Shown: positions 41,973 to 54,621, counted from the stretch's first letter. The stretch: DNA of 64,000 nt from an uncultured Candidatus Binatia bacterium (GCA_965242525.1 OZ251459.1:1632001-1696000), one strand, 5' to 3'. The notes: generated from the letters alone by a model not told the origin. Program-made: numbers and translations.

Positions 41973-43427
41973 ATGACCGAACGTGACCTGACCGAGACGA
42001 CGTTGCAGGAGGCGGCGGCGCAGATCGAGAGCGGGGAGATGTCCCCGGTGGAACTCACCGAGAGGATGCTGGAGCGGGTCGAGAAGCTGGACCCCGAGAT
42101 CAACGCTTACGTCACGGTGGCTCGGGAGCAAGCGCTGTCACAGGCCCGCACCGCGGAGGCCGAGATACGCGAAGGAAAGTACCGGGGTCCGCTCCACGGC
42201 ATCCCACTGTCCGTCAAGGACAACCTCGCCACGCGGGGGATCCGCACCACCGCGGGATCCAAGGTGCTGGCCGACTGCGTTCCCGACTTCGACGCCACCG
42301 CGGTGGCGCGGCTCAAGCAGGCGGGCGCGGTCATCCTGGGCAAGACCAACATGCACGAATGGGCCAACGGCGGCACCACCATCAACCCCTACTACGGCAC
42401 GACTCACAACCCCTGGGACACCGCCCGGATCGCGGGAGGGTCGAGCGGCGGCTCGGCCGCGGCGGTGGCCGCGAGCCTGTGCCTGGGCTCCATCGGCACC
42501 GACAACGGCGGCTCGGTCAGGAACCCGGCATCCCTGTGCGGCACTGTGGGGTTCAAGCCCACCTACGGCCGGATCAGCCGGTTCGGGCACGTGCCCGCCA
42601 ACGGCGGCTACTCCACCAACCACCTGGGCGTGTTCGGCAAGACCGTGCGGGACTGCGCGCTGATCCTGCGCGCCATCGCGGGCAGGGACCCCGAGGACCC
42701 CGACAGCGCCCGGGAGCCCGTGCCGGATTACGAGGCCGACCTCGACGCGGGCATCGAGGGACTCCGGGTGGGGATCGTCAAGGACTACTTCGACCGCCAC
42801 ATGGCCGGGGAGGTCAGGTCGGCATTCCTCGAAGCGCAGCGCCGGCTCGAATCCCTCGGAGCGAGTCTGCGGGAGGTGGAGGCGCCCCCTCACCTGGACG
42901 CCGCGCGGGTGGTCTGGACCTGCATCACGCGCCCGGAGAACGTGGCCGAGCACCTACCCTACCTGAAAGCCCGGCCTCGTGACTACAGCACCCGGCTGCT
43001 GCACCAGAACATCGGCGCCCTGCTGATCCCCGCCGAAGCCTACGTGGCCGCGCAGCGCATCCGGCGCGCCCTGTGCCGCGAGTTCGACCAGGTCTTCGAG
43101 GCGGTGGACGTGATCGCCGCGCCCACGGCCCCGGTGCCCGCACCCACCATCGAGGAATGCAAGCGAGGCGCCATGGAAGTGGACGGAAGGGAGATCCGGC
43201 TGGAAGGACCCGGAGTGAACTTCCGTTCCCTGTTCACCACGCCCTTCAACCTGACCGGCCTGCCGGCCCTGAGCGCGTGCTGCGGTTTCTCGTCGGGCGG
43301 CCTCCCCATCGGTCTCCAGTTCGTGGGGCCGCGCTTCGGCGAGGCCCGAGTGCTCCGCGCCGCGCACGCCTACGAACGGGCCGCGGAGTGGTATCGGCGC
43401 AGGCCGCGGCTGGACCATCGGCCGTGA
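41973..43427 (+). CDS. amidase (GatA-like amidase-signature family)
   Basis: GIPLSVKD, GGSSGGSAAAVA, GTDNGGSVRNPA. Confidence 0.92.
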   Translation: MTERDLTETTLQEAAAQIESGEMSPVELTERMLERVEKLDPEINAYVTVAREQALSQARTAEAEIREGKYRGPLHGIPLSVKDNLATRGIRTTAGSKVLADCVPDFDATAVARLKQAGAVILGKTNMHEWANGGTTINPYYGTTHNPWDTARIAGGSSGGSAAAVAASLCLGSIGTDNGGSVRNPASLCGTVGFKPTYGRISRFGHVPANGGYSTNHLGVFGKTVRDCALILRAIAGRDPEDPDSAREPVPDYEADLDAGIEGLRVGIVKDYFDRHMAGEVRSAFLEAQRRLESLGASLREVEAPPHLDAARVVWTCITRPENVAEHLPYLKARPRDYSTRLLHQNIGALLIPAEAYVAAQRIRRALCREFDQVFEAVDVIAAPTAPVPAPTIEECKRGAMEVDGREIRLEGPGVNFRSLFTTPFNLTGLPALSACCGFSSGGLPIGLQFVGPRFGEARVLRAAHAYERAAEWYRRRPRLDHRP

Positions 43428-43436
43428 CGCGCCCGT

Positions 43437-43801
43437 GAGCGCGTCCTTCGACTTCGCTTCGCTACGCTCAGGACGAACGGGAATCAGAGAGTCCGGGTGA
43501 AGACATCTGGAACGTATCCCGGACACGTTTCATTCCAAACGCTCGGGACGAACGGGGATGGGACGGGTCGGGGTGAGGACGTCCGTCCTCCTGTCAGAGG
43601 TTCCGGAACGGGACTCCCTCCACCCGGAGCATGACTTCGGCGAGGGCTCACGCCCCGCAACTTCGCTTCGCTACGCTCGGGACGAACTCGGGACGAACGG
43701 GAATGGGGGGATCGGGGTGAGGGTATCCGTCCTCCTGTCAGACGTTCCGGGAACGGGATTCCCTCCACCCGGGGCATGACTCCGGCGAGGGGTCACGCCC
43801 C
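43437..43801. repeat. REP1 plus a ~115-bp direct duplication (43542-43656 / 43687-43801)
   Basis: Two similar units; the second overlaps the 3' end of the dienelactone hydrolase gene. Confidence 0.8.
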
Positions 43802-44505
43802 AGGCCGAGCACGCGGTCGAGGAAGTTCGTGGCCAGCGGCCACGTGAGCTTGGCCAGGGCCGGGTCGTAGGCGTCGCCGTCGGCCAGAGCGAACCCGTGG
43901 CCCGCCTGGGGGAAGAAATGCCACTCGACGTCGAGGGAGCCTTCCAGGAAACTCGCCCGCAGCTTCTCCTGCACCGGCACCGGCGCGACCCGGTCCCTGC
44001 CTCCGAAGAAGGTCATGGAAGGACAACGGATATCCCGGGCGGACTCGTTGGGATGGCGCGGCCGCAGGTCGCTGGGGCCTTCGTCCCGCACCGAGGGGTA
44101 ATAGCCCAGGAACGCCGCGACCTCGGGGGTCGCCGCCACGAAGTGGATGCCGATGCGCCCGCCCATGCACAGCCCCATGACCGCCGCCCGCTTCTCGTCC
44201 ACGTCGTCCCGTCCGAGCAGGTATCGCCAACCCTGGCCGATGACCTCCACGAACCGTCCGTCCGTGGTCTCCTTCTGGACGCCGTGGTAGTCGGCGAAGC
44301 CCAGGAGCCCGTACAGGTCGGGAACCAGCGCGGTGTAGCCCTGCTCGGCGAACTCGCAGGCCATGTGTTTGATGTGCCCCGTGACCCCGTAGTGGTGGTG
44401 GACCATCAGCAACGCCGGTCCGGGCGTGCCCCGGTCCGGCGCCGCCACGAACCCCGGTATCCCGTCCCGCTCCTGTGAAAGCCCTCGTGCGAGGATCCTC
44501 GGCAT
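43738..44505 (-). CDS. dienelactone hydrolase family protein
   Basis: GLCMGG nucleophile elbow, GGRD, AGHGF. Confidence 0.88.
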   Translation of the reverse strand: MPRILARGLSQERDGIPGFVAAPDRGTPGPALLMVHHHYGVTGHIKHMACEFAEQGYTALVPDLYGLLGFADYHGVQKETTDGRFVEVIGQGWRYLLGRDDVDEKRAAVMGLCMGGRIGIHFVAATPEVAAFLGYYPSVRDEGPSDLRPRHPNESARDIRCPSMTFFGGRDRVAPVPVQEKLRASFLEGSLDVEWHFFPQAGHGFALADGDAYDPALAKLTWPLATNFLDRVLGLGRDPSPESCPGWRESRSRNV

Positions 44506-44521
44506 CCTGACCTCCTTTCAA

Positions 44522-44648
44522 CAAACCCCTGAACAATCGGGACATTCAGGATGGATTCCCTTGCCCTGACACTCCTATCCCCTTTCGTCCTGACCCTCCC
44601 ATTCCCGTTCGTCCTGAGCGTAGCGAAGCGAAGTCGAAGGACGCGCTC
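44522..44648 (+). mobile_element. partial MITE
   Basis: Degenerate left TIR plus REP1. Confidence 0.75.
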
Positions 44649-44718
44649 TTCTCGAAGGACCGCCTGCCTGCCGCAGGTGCTCCGGGAAATCGGACCGGCT
44701 TTCCGACCCTCCGCGGCG

Positions 44719-45789
44719 CTACAGTCCGTAGAGCCGCCTGGGGTTGTCGCTCAGGATCTTGTCGGCCGCGCCCGCGGCGAGCACGCCGTCCTGGGACAGC
44801 TTGGCGATGGCTTCCATGTCGTTGGAGTAGTCGGCGTGCCCGTAGTCGGTGCCGACGATGATGTTGTCCTCCCCGGCGTGCTCCAGGACGTAGGGCAGGT
44901 CGTCGGTGGTCTGGCAGGCCACGTAGATGCGGTTGTCCCGGAGCAGGTTCCGCTCCGCCAACTCCCGGGGCGCGCCGCGCACTCCCGCGAGGGCGCTCGC
45001 CGAGTGGGCGCGGCGAAAGGCCAACTCGGCCCGGGTGCGGATGAGCAGGTCGTTGAGCGCATAGGGGACCCACTGGGAGGTGGTCTCCACGAAGCACCAG
45101 CGCAACTCCGGGAACCGGTCCGGCACGCCCCGGTAGATGAGGTTGTTGAAGGCGCCCACGGCAGGCAGCTTGAAGCGCGAGAACACGTCCTGGGCGAACA
45201 GGTCGTAATGGCCCAGGCTCCCTCCGCCGGCGTGGATGCAGATGGGCATGTCGAGGTCGCTCGCCTCCCGGTAGATGGGGAAGAAGGTGTCGTCCGAGAG
45301 CAGCCGCTCCCCCTCGATGCCGTGGATGAACACCCCGCACGCGCCGTTGTCCTTGCCGAAGCGGATCTCCTCGAGGGCCCGGTCCATGGACATCACCGGC
45401 GCCAGCACCACCCACCGCAGGCGGCCGCGCCCCTGCCGCCATATTTCCGCAAGCCAGCGGTTGTAGCCTCGGCAGAGGGCGCGCTCCACGTCCGCCCGCG
45501 CGGTCAGCGGGCGCAGGAACAGCGTCGGGTAGATGACCTGCACGTCCACGGACAACTGGTCCATGTGCGCGATCCGCGCCTCCACGTTGGCCAACTCCCG
45601 GGACTCCGCGGTGGTGTTGAGGCCGATGTTGGTGTTGGGCACTACCCGTTCGTCGATGCGCCAGTAGCGCAAGCCGCTGCGCTCCGACACCAGGAGGTCC
45701 GGGGCCAGGGCCCGGTCCCCTTCCTCCATGAACTCCCAGGTCTGCTCCGTCTCGATCACGTGGGCGTCTGCGTCGATGACTGGTGACAT
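44719..45789 (-). CDS. amidohydrolase_2 family protein
   Basis: IDADAHVIE, ICIH, GTDYGHAD. Confidence 0.9.
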   Translation of the reverse strand: MSPVIDADAHVIETEQTWEFMEEGDRALAPDLLVSERSGLRYWRIDERVVPNTNIGLNTTAESRELANVEARIAHMDQLSVDVQVIYPTLFLRPLTARADVERALCRGYNRWLAEIWRQGRGRLRWVVLAPVMSMDRALEEIRFGKDNGACGVFIHGIEGERLLSDDTFFPIYREASDLDMPICIHAGGGSLGHYDLFAQDVFSRFKLPAVGAFNNLIYRGVPDRFPELRWCFVETTSQWVPYALNDLLIRTRAELAFRRAHSASALAGVRGAPRELAERNLLRDNRIYVACQTTDDLPYVLEHAGEDNIIVGTDYGHADYSNDMEAIAKLSQDGVLAAGAADKILSDNPRRLYGL

Positions 45790-45863
45790 ATGGTTTCCCC
45801 CCGGGCGAACCTGCCGGACCATCCGGCGCCTGCGGACACGCGCGAACGCGCGTCCTTCCTATG

Positions 45864-46091
45864 GGAACCCCTGAACGATCGAGACGTCCGAGATAGACTC
45901 CCTCGCTCTGGCACTCCTGTCCTCGCTCGCCTGAGCTATCCCGGGTCGGACGAGCCGTTGGCCAAGGCGGCAGCTCCTGTCCCCGCTCGTTGAGCTATCC
46001 CCGTTCGTCCTGAGCGTAGCGAAGCGAAGTCGAAGGACGCGCTCATTCCCTCGTCCCCGCTCATGCCCCTGTCCCGTTGTTCAGAGTTTCC
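45864..46091 (+). mobile_element. expanded MITE copy (228 bp)
   Basis: TIRs at both ends, extra internal sequence, REP1. Confidence 0.75.
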
Positions 46092-46096
46092 TGTAG

Positions 46097-46230
46097 GGAA
46101 CCCCTGAACGATCGAGCCGTCCGGGATGGACTCCCTCACCCTGATACTCCTGTCTCCGTTCGTCCTGAGCGTAGCAGAGCGAAGTCGAAAGACGCGCTCA
46201 TGCTCCCTGTCCCGCTCGTCCAGAGGTTCC
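46097..46230 (+). mobile_element. MITE copy (134 bp), TSD GTAG
   Basis: GTAG at 46093-46096 and 46231-46234. Confidence 0.92.
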
Positions 46231-46427
46231 GTAGTCCATTGTCACCCAGGAAGCCCCGGCGTTGCAACCCGAAGAGACCCACGGGACCGCTCTTCTCGCG
46301 CCTCCCCGTCCGATCTGCTACAGATGGGACAAGCCGGCCCTGACGGTTTCCTCGACGGTTTGCTTCACGCGGCTCTCGCAACGAGGACCCCGGCCGCGAG
46401 GAACCGGGCCCGCACGGAGGTGGCCAC

Positions 46428-47267
46428 ATGACGTACGCTCGCCCGGAACTCCTGACCGAGACCGATTGGCTGGAGCAGCATCTCCACGACCCGGACGTCC
46501 GCATCGTGGACTGCGACCCCTTCGACGTCTATCGCCGGGCCCACATCGAGGGGGCGGTGGGCATCCGCGTGCACCACTACATCAAGCAGCCCGAGTATCC
46601 CGCGGACCCCAGGAAATACCCCCTGGTGGCGCCGCCGGACACGGTGAAGGAAGTGATGGAAGGCCTGGGCATCGGCCGCGGCGTGCGGGTGGTGGCCTAC
46701 GACAGCAACGGCTCCCTCTGGGCCAGCCGCTTGTGGTGGGTGCTGAACTACTACGGCCATACCGACGTGACCGTGCTCAACGGCGGATGGACCAAGTGGT
46801 TCGACGAGGGGCGTCCGGTGGCCCTCCACGCGCCGAAGCCCCCGGCCGCGGTCTTCGACCCCAAGGCCAACCCCGACCTGGTGTGCACACTGGAATACGG
46901 CAAGGCCAACGTGGGCAACCCGGAGGTGGTCTATCTCGACGTGCGCTCGGACGGGGAATGGACGGGCGCCAACGACCGCGGCAACCGGCGGGTAGGCCAC
47001 GTGCCCGGGGCGGTGCACCTGGAGTGGCTCGACTTCCTCGAAGACCAGGGGCACAAGACCTTCAGGCAGGCCGGAGAGCTGCGAGCGCTGCTGGAGCGGG
47101 CCGGGGTCCCGCCGGACCGGGAGGTGGTCACCTATTGACAGGGCGGCATCCGTGCGGCGCACGGAGTCTTCGTCCTGACCTTGCTGGGCTACGAGCGGGC
47201 GCGCAACTACGACGGGTCCATGGCCGAGTGGGCCAACCGGGACGACACGCCCCTCGTGCTGGAGTGA
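46428..47267 (+). CDS. two-domain rhodanese/sulfurtransferase, probable selenoprotein (UGA 47136-47138)
   Basis: VVTY-UGA-QGGIRAA...LGYERARNYDGSMAEW continues in frame to stop 47265-47267, completing the rhodanese C-terminal signature. Confidence 0.9.
47139..47177 (+). promoter_or_regulatory. bacterial SECIS-like stem-loop
   Basis: CAGGGCG/CGTCCTG lower stem, TCCGTGC/GCACGGA upper stem, GGC loop 17 nt after the UGA. Confidence 0.8.
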
Positions 47268-47276
47268 CGCCGCCGA

Positions 47277-47452
47277 AGCGCGTCCTTCGACTTCGCTACG
47301 CTACGCTCAGGACGAACGGAGACAGGAGGCTTCGCTTCGCTCAGGATGAACGGGGGACTTTGCTTCGTACCATCAGGATGAACGGGGGACTTTGCTTCGT
47401 ACCATCAGGATGAACGGGGGACTTCACTTCGTACCCTCAGGATGAACGGGGA
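47277..47452. repeat. REP1 followed by a 32-bp tandem array
   Basis: TCAGGATGAACGGGGGACTTTGCTTCGTACCA units start at 47341, 47373, 47405 and 47437 (partial). Confidence 0.88.
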
Positions 47453-47641
47453 TATCAAGGGTCTTGGAGCAGGTTCCATTCGAGACAGGAAGGGGACCGG
47501 GGGAAGGGCCGTGAACCCGGGGCAAGGGTAGGGGCAGGTGCCAGGGCAGGCCGGCGAGACAGGAAGGGAACCGGGGGAAGGGGCTGTAAACAGGGGCGGC
47601 TACCGCGCTATCATACGTCCTTGTAGCGGCGGCTACTCCAA

Positions 47642-47770
47642 GGCAACTCTGGACAATCGGGGCATGGATGGGGTTATTCCCTCACGTGACCCTCCTGTCT
47701 CCGTTCGTCCTGAGCGTAGCGTAGCGAAGTCGAAGGACGCCCTCTCCCTCTGGGATTGTTCAGAGTTTCC
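47642..47770 (+). mobile_element. degenerate MITE copy
   Basis: Diverged TIRs around REP1. Confidence 0.75.
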
Positions 47771-47838
47771 CTGAGATCCGCAATCAATCGTTCAGGGTTT
47801 CCATTGGGGGAAACGCACGGGCGCGTCGAACCGCCGTC

Positions 47839-48720
47839 ATGGTCCGGACCGGAAGGGAAAGCATCGTAAGGAGGACGCCGGAGCTCGCCAGGGCCGAGGA
47901 ATGGGCGCTGGTGCTGGAAGCGGAAGGCCTGGGTCCCCGCCTGCTGCGCAGCGCCTCCGGGGGATGGGCGGTGTCGGTGCCGTCCCGCCACCTGGAGCAG
48001 GCGGTGACCGAGCTCTGGGCCTACGAGAGCGAGAACCGCGCCCCCGAGCCGGAAGAACGCCCGTGGCCCGGCCGGAGTCCGTTCTACACGGGGCTGGGAG
48101 CCTCGGCAGGGCTGCTGGCCTTCTACTTCGCCCACGCATGGACGCAGGAGTCGGTGCGCTGGGTCGAGCACGGCGGCGCTTCCGCGGAGTGGATCCTGCG
48201 CGGGGAGCTCTGGCGCACGGTGACCGCGCTGACCCTGCACGCGGACCCGGCCCACGCCGGGGCCAACGCCGCGGCCCTGGCGTTCCTCCTGACCGGGGTG
48301 TGCCGGTGGCTGGGGCCGGGCCTCGGGGCCGCGCTGGCGCTGGGCGTCGGGGCCCTGGGGAACCTGGGCAACGCCTGGTTCCACGCCTACGACCACGTCT
48401 CCATCGGCGCCTCCACCGCGGTCTTCGGCGCCCTGGGTCTGCTCGGGGGCGCCGGAGTGGTGCGGCGCCGGCGGCTCGGGCTGCGGGGGCGGCAGGCCTG
48501 GATACCGCTGGCCGCGGGGCTCGCGGTGCTGGCCATGGTCGGCACCGGAGGCCCGCGGGTGGACATATGGGCCCATCTCTGGGGGTTCGGGGCCGGCGGC
48601 GCCGCAGGCGTCCTGCTGGAGCGGTCCCCGGACCGCCCCGGGACGCCCCGCGCCCAACTCAGGCTCGGCGCCGCGGCGGCCGCGGCGGTGGCCCTGTGCT
48701 GGGCGCTGGCTCTCCGCTGA
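47839..48720 (+). CDS. rhomboid-family intramembrane serine protease
   Basis: ELWRTVTALTLHAD..HAGAN, IGAST, AHLWG; multiple TM helices. Confidence 0.88.
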   Translation: MVRTGRESIVRRTPELARAEEWALVLEAEGLGPRLLRSASGGWAVSVPSRHLEQAVTELWAYESENRAPEPEERPWPGRSPFYTGLGASAGLLAFYFAHAWTQESVRWVEHGGASAEWILRGELWRTVTALTLHADPAHAGANAAALAFLLTGVCRWLGPGLGAALALGVGALGNLGNAWFHAYDHVSIGASTAVFGALGLLGGAGVVRRRRLGLRGRQAWIPLAAGLAVLAMVGTGGPRVDIWAHLWGFGAGGAAGVLLERSPDRPGTPRAQLRLGAAAAAAVALCWALALR

Positions 48721-48813
48721 CGCGGGGCGATCATGCGCTCCACCGCGGCGCGCACCGCGCAGCCTCCCCGTGCCGGGCGCCGGCGCTCCGCTGACACGGG
48801 AAAGGAAGGGGTC

Positions 48814-49578
48814 ATGGGTCTTCTGGACGGGAAAGTGGTCATCGTGACCGGCGGGGGAAACGGCATCGGCCGGGCCTACTGCAAGGGCATCGCTCGGGAG
48901 GGCGGCATACCCGTGGCCGCGGACATCGACGAGGCGGCCGCGGCGTCGGCAGCCCGGGAGGTCTCCGGAGAAGGCGCCCGCGCGCTGGGGGTCCGCACCG
49001 ACGTGGCGGACTCCTCCAGTTGCCGGGCCATGGCCCGGGCCGCGCTGGAGGCTTTCGGCCGCATCGACGGGCTGGTCAACAACGCCGCGGTCTTCCTCAG
49101 CGTGCCGGTGACCCGCTCGGGCTTCCAGGACATCCGGGAGGAAGAGTGGGACCGGGTCATGGCGGTGAACGTCAAGGGGCTGTGGTTGTGCAGCCGCGCG
49201 GTGGCCCCGGCCATGCAGGAACGACGCCAAGGAAGCATCGTCAACATCGCCTCGAACATGGCCTACAACGGCGGCGCCGGCATGATGCACTACGTGGTGT
49301 CCAAGGCCGCGGTGGTGGGCTTCAGCCGGGTCCTGGCCCGTGAGCTGGGCCCCTTCGACATCCGCGTGAACACCCTCGCCCCGGGGTCCACCGCGAGCGA
49401 GCCCGATCCCACCGAGGCCGCCCTCCGGGAATACGAGCGGTCCGCGGCCAAGCGCATGCTCAACCGCATCGAACGGCCGGAGGACGTGGTGGGGACCGCG
49501 CTGTACCTGCTTTCGGATTTGAGCGCCTTCGTCACCGGTCAGTCCATCCTGGTGAACGGCGGCGCCAACCTGCATTGA
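48814..49578 (+). CDS. short-chain dehydrogenase/reductase
   Basis: TGGGNGIG, VNNAA, YVVSK. Confidence 0.92.
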   Translation: MGLLDGKVVIVTGGGNGIGRAYCKGIAREGGIPVAADIDEAAAASAAREVSGEGARALGVRTDVADSSSCRAMARAALEAFGRIDGLVNNAAVFLSVPVTRSGFQDIREEEWDRVMAVNVKGLWLCSRAVAPAMQERRQGSIVNIASNMAYNGGAGMMHYVVSKAAVVGFSRVLARELGPFDIRVNTLAPGSTASEPDPTEAALREYERSAAKRMLNRIERPEDVVGTALYLLSDLSAFVTGQSILVNGGANLH

Positions 49579-49718
49579 CGCCCGGCGAAGGGGTTCGACG
49601 AAAGGTTTGACAAAACCCGCCCTTTGGTCGAACTTGGCAAGTGCGCGCGTCCCCCGGGGCGCGCGGGAGGACGGTAACGGTCCGGGACGCTCCCGGCCTT
49701 GCAGCAAGGAGTCGAGCC

Positions 49719-50807
49719 ATGTCCAGCCAGGAGAAGATCCAGGTCATCGATGCGGACGCCCACGTGATCGAGACGGAACGCACGTGGGACTACCTGGAGC
49801 CGTCGGAGGAGAAGTTCCGCCCCGCGCTGTTCGCGTCGCCCCAGGAGCCCACCAAGCAATACTGGGTCATCGACGAGAAGATCCGCGGGTTCCGCTTCCC
49901 CACCTTCAGCGAGCAGCAACTGCGCGACCTGTCGGACCAGTTCGGAAGGAACGTCGAGTCCCCCCAGGCGGCCCGGGAACTGGACGACGTGCAGCTTCGC
50001 ATCGACCACATGGACCAACTGGGCATCGACGTGCAGGTGCTGCACAACACCTTCTGGATCGAGCAGATCACCTCGAAGCCGGACGTGGAGGCCGCCCTGT
50101 GCCGGAGCTGGAACCGCTGGCTGGGGGACATCTACCGCCAGAGCCAAGGGCGGCTGCGCTGGTCCTGCGTGCTGCCGGTGATGACCCTGGACGAGGCCGC
50201 GGCGCAGATGAAGCAGGCCAGGGAAGACGGCGCGGTGGCCGTCTGCATGCGGCCCCTGGAGGGGGAGCGGGACATGACCGACCCGTACTTCTACCCCATC
50301 TACCAGCAGGCCAGCGACCTGGACCTCGCCGTCGCGGTGCACATCGCCAACGGCAACCCGGTCAACTGCGACACCTACCGCCTGACCGCGGCGGGCCGCT
50401 TCGCCATGTTCCGGGCGCCCACGGTCACCTCGTGCCTGGGGCTGCTGATGAGCGAGATCCCCGACGTCTTCCCCGACCTGCGGTGGGGCTTCATCGAAGC
50501 CTCCGCCCAGTGGGTGCCGTGGATCTACCTGGAGGCGGAGAACCGCTACCAGGTGGTGGGGCGGAAGTTCCCCAGGGACGTCTTCCAGGAATACGGCATA
50601 TTCGTCACCTGCCAGACCAACGACGACATCCCCTACGTCATCCGGTACGCCGGCGAGGGGGGCTTGGTCATCGGCACCGACTACGGCCACACGGACCCGT
50701 CCAGCGAGATGGACGCCATCCGCGACCTGAAGCAGATGACCCGCCTGAGCCAGGAGAGCAAGGACAACATCCTCTACCACAACCCCAAGGCCCTGTACGG
50801 CCTGTAG
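49719..50807 (+). CDS. amidohydrolase_2 family protein (paralog of 44719-45789)
   Basis: IDADAHVIETE, VAVH, GTDYGHTD. Confidence 0.9.
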   Translation: MSSQEKIQVIDADAHVIETERTWDYLEPSEEKFRPALFASPQEPTKQYWVIDEKIRGFRFPTFSEQQLRDLSDQFGRNVESPQAARELDDVQLRIDHMDQLGIDVQVLHNTFWIEQITSKPDVEAALCRSWNRWLGDIYRQSQGRLRWSCVLPVMTLDEAAAQMKQAREDGAVAVCMRPLEGERDMTDPYFYPIYQQASDLDLAVAVHIANGNPVNCDTYRLTAAGRFAMFRAPTVTSCLGLLMSEIPDVFPDLRWGFIEASAQWVPWIYLEAENRYQVVGRKFPRDVFQEYGIFVTCQTNDDIPYVIRYAGEGGLVIGTDYGHTDPSSEMDAIRDLKQMTRLSQESKDNILYHNPKALYGL

Positions 50808-50940
50808 GACCGTACCGGCGCCGGCGCCAAGCCGCGGCGCGCGTCGTCGGCCGTCCCGTCCAAGTCACCGTCCGTTCGGACGAGCGGCTCCCCCGGGATC
50901 CCGTCCGGGCAGGCGCAAGCGGATCGCAAAAAGAGGCGGG

Positions 50941-51014
50941 TGGGCCCACCTGGACTCGAACCAGGGACCTACCGGTTATGAGCCGGTGGCTCTAACCAAC
51001 TGAGCTATGGGCCC
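50941..51014 (-). tRNA. tRNA-Ile2 (CAT anticodon, lysidine type); CCA not encoded
   Basis: GGGCCCATAGCTCAGTTGGTTAGAGCCACCGGCTCATAACCGGTAGGTCCCTGGTTCGAGTCCAGGTGGGCCCA. Position after rpoD is typical of Ile2. Confidence 0.9.
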
Positions 51015-51065
51015 GGAAACCGGGGAACGAACGAAGGAAGCGCGCCCACCGCGCAAGGGAGGCCC

Positions 51066-52910
<1,845 letters not shown>

Positions 52911-54621
52911 TGCCGCATCCTCTCTTTCTTGGCTTCGTCGTCGCTGGACTCTTCCGCGACACGGATCGCCCGGCACAACTCCCGTTCGAGGCTCCTCAGG
53001 TATCGTCTTTGCAGAAAGAAGATACAATCGGACGTCATCCGGTCCCGCTGTTCCTCGGCGATCTCCTGGCCTCGCAGCGCCAACGCGGCCACCTCCGACG
53101 CGAGCTCGGCCGGCAGCCCCTCGGTCAACGCGCCCACCTCCACGCCGGTATCGGGCCCGGCCAGGAGCCGCCGGATCACCTCGCGCCACTTGTCGGTCAC
53201 GAGCTTTTCCATGGGCTGCCGCCGCAACGCCGCGGCCACCGACGGGAAGCGCAGCATCAGCGCCACCAGCGAGGATTCGGCCAGGTCCTCGCCCGGGGAC
53301 CACCGCTCCCGGTCGCCGCCGACCCTGCCGCCGCTCCCCGAAGTCCTCGCGGCCGCCCCGCGGTCCTCCCCGGCGTGACGGCGCAAGGTCTCTTCCCGGA
53401 TGCCCAGCAGGTCCGCGGACCGCCGCGCCAGCAGCTCCCGGTCGAAAGGGTTGGCGACCTTGGCGAGCGTTCGCCCGACCTCGTTGGCCAACCGGCTCTT
53501 GCCGCCGAGACCGCCGCCGCAGCTATCCCGCAGCCAGTTCAGGTAATAGTCCACCACCGGCACGGCGTCCGCCAGCACCTGCTCCAGCGCCGCCTTGCCC
53601 CGGGACCTCACGAAGGTGTCCGGGTCTTCCCCCTGGGGGAGGAACGCGGCCTGCCCCCAGACGCCGGCCTGCTGGAACGCCTCGAAGCTGCGGGCCGCGG
53701 CGTTCCGCCCCGCGGCGTCCCCGTCGAACAGGGCGGTGACGTTCCGGGTGTAACGGGCGAGCAGCCTCAGGTGGTCGGCCGTCAGGGCCGTGCCGAGGGT
53801 CGCCACCGCGTGGGGCACGCCGGACTGGGCCAGCGCCAGCACGTCCAGGTAGCCCTCCACCACCACCACCCGGTCCATGGCCCGGACCCCTTCCCTCGCC
53901 TGCCCCAGGCCATAGACCTGCGAGCCCTTGTGGAAGAGGGGCGTCTCCGGCGAGTTGAGGTACTTGGGACTGCCGTCGTCGATGACCCGGCCGCCGAAGC
54001 CCACGACCTTGCCGCCCGGGTCCGTGATGGGGAAGATGATCCGGTCGAAGAACCTGTCGCGGTAGCGGCCCCGTTCCCTCTCCACCAACAGCCCCGCTTC
54101 CGCGGCCTCTCCCGGCGCGGTCCGGAACCGGCCCGCGAGGGCGTCGCCCCGGGGCGCGAAGCCGAGGCGGAAGAGCCGCCAAAGGCTCTCGTCCACCCCC
54201 CGCTCCTTCAGGTAGGCCCGGCCCCGGGCGCCTTGGGAGGCGTCCTGCAACTGCGCCTGGAAGAACTCCGCAGCCTGCTCGTTCAACCGGAACAGGTCGC
54301 CGCGCCGGGCGTCCCGCCGGGCGCCTCCGGGGTCGGAGGACTCGACGCGGATGCCGTACCGCTCCGCCAACCGTTCCACCGACTCCGGGAAGGTGAGCCC
54401 GTCGTACAGCATCAGGAACTTGAAGACGTCTCCCCCCGCCTGGCAACCGAAGCAGTAGAAGACCCCCTTTTCCTCGTTGACCGTAAAGGACGGGGTCTTC
54501 TCGGAATGGAAGGGACACAGACCGGAGTAGTTGTGGCCGGTCTTCCTGAGGGTAACGTAGTCGGAGACCACCTCCACGATGGAGGAACGCGCGCGAACCT
54601 CTCGAGTGGTCTTGTCGGAGA

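Noticed and set aside
47341-47452. 32-bp repeats resembling a CRISPR array
   Set aside because: Units are directly adjacent with no unique spacers, derive from REP1, and no cas genes are nearby.
47482-47595. Two purine-rich ~35-bp direct repeats (GAGACAGGAAGGG.ACCGGGGGAAGGG)
   Set aside because: Only two degenerate copies, with no supportable function.
50941-51014. tRNA-Met, or an integration site
   Set aside because: Sequence and position fit Ile2; no duplicated tRNA 3' end or integrase was seen in the window.
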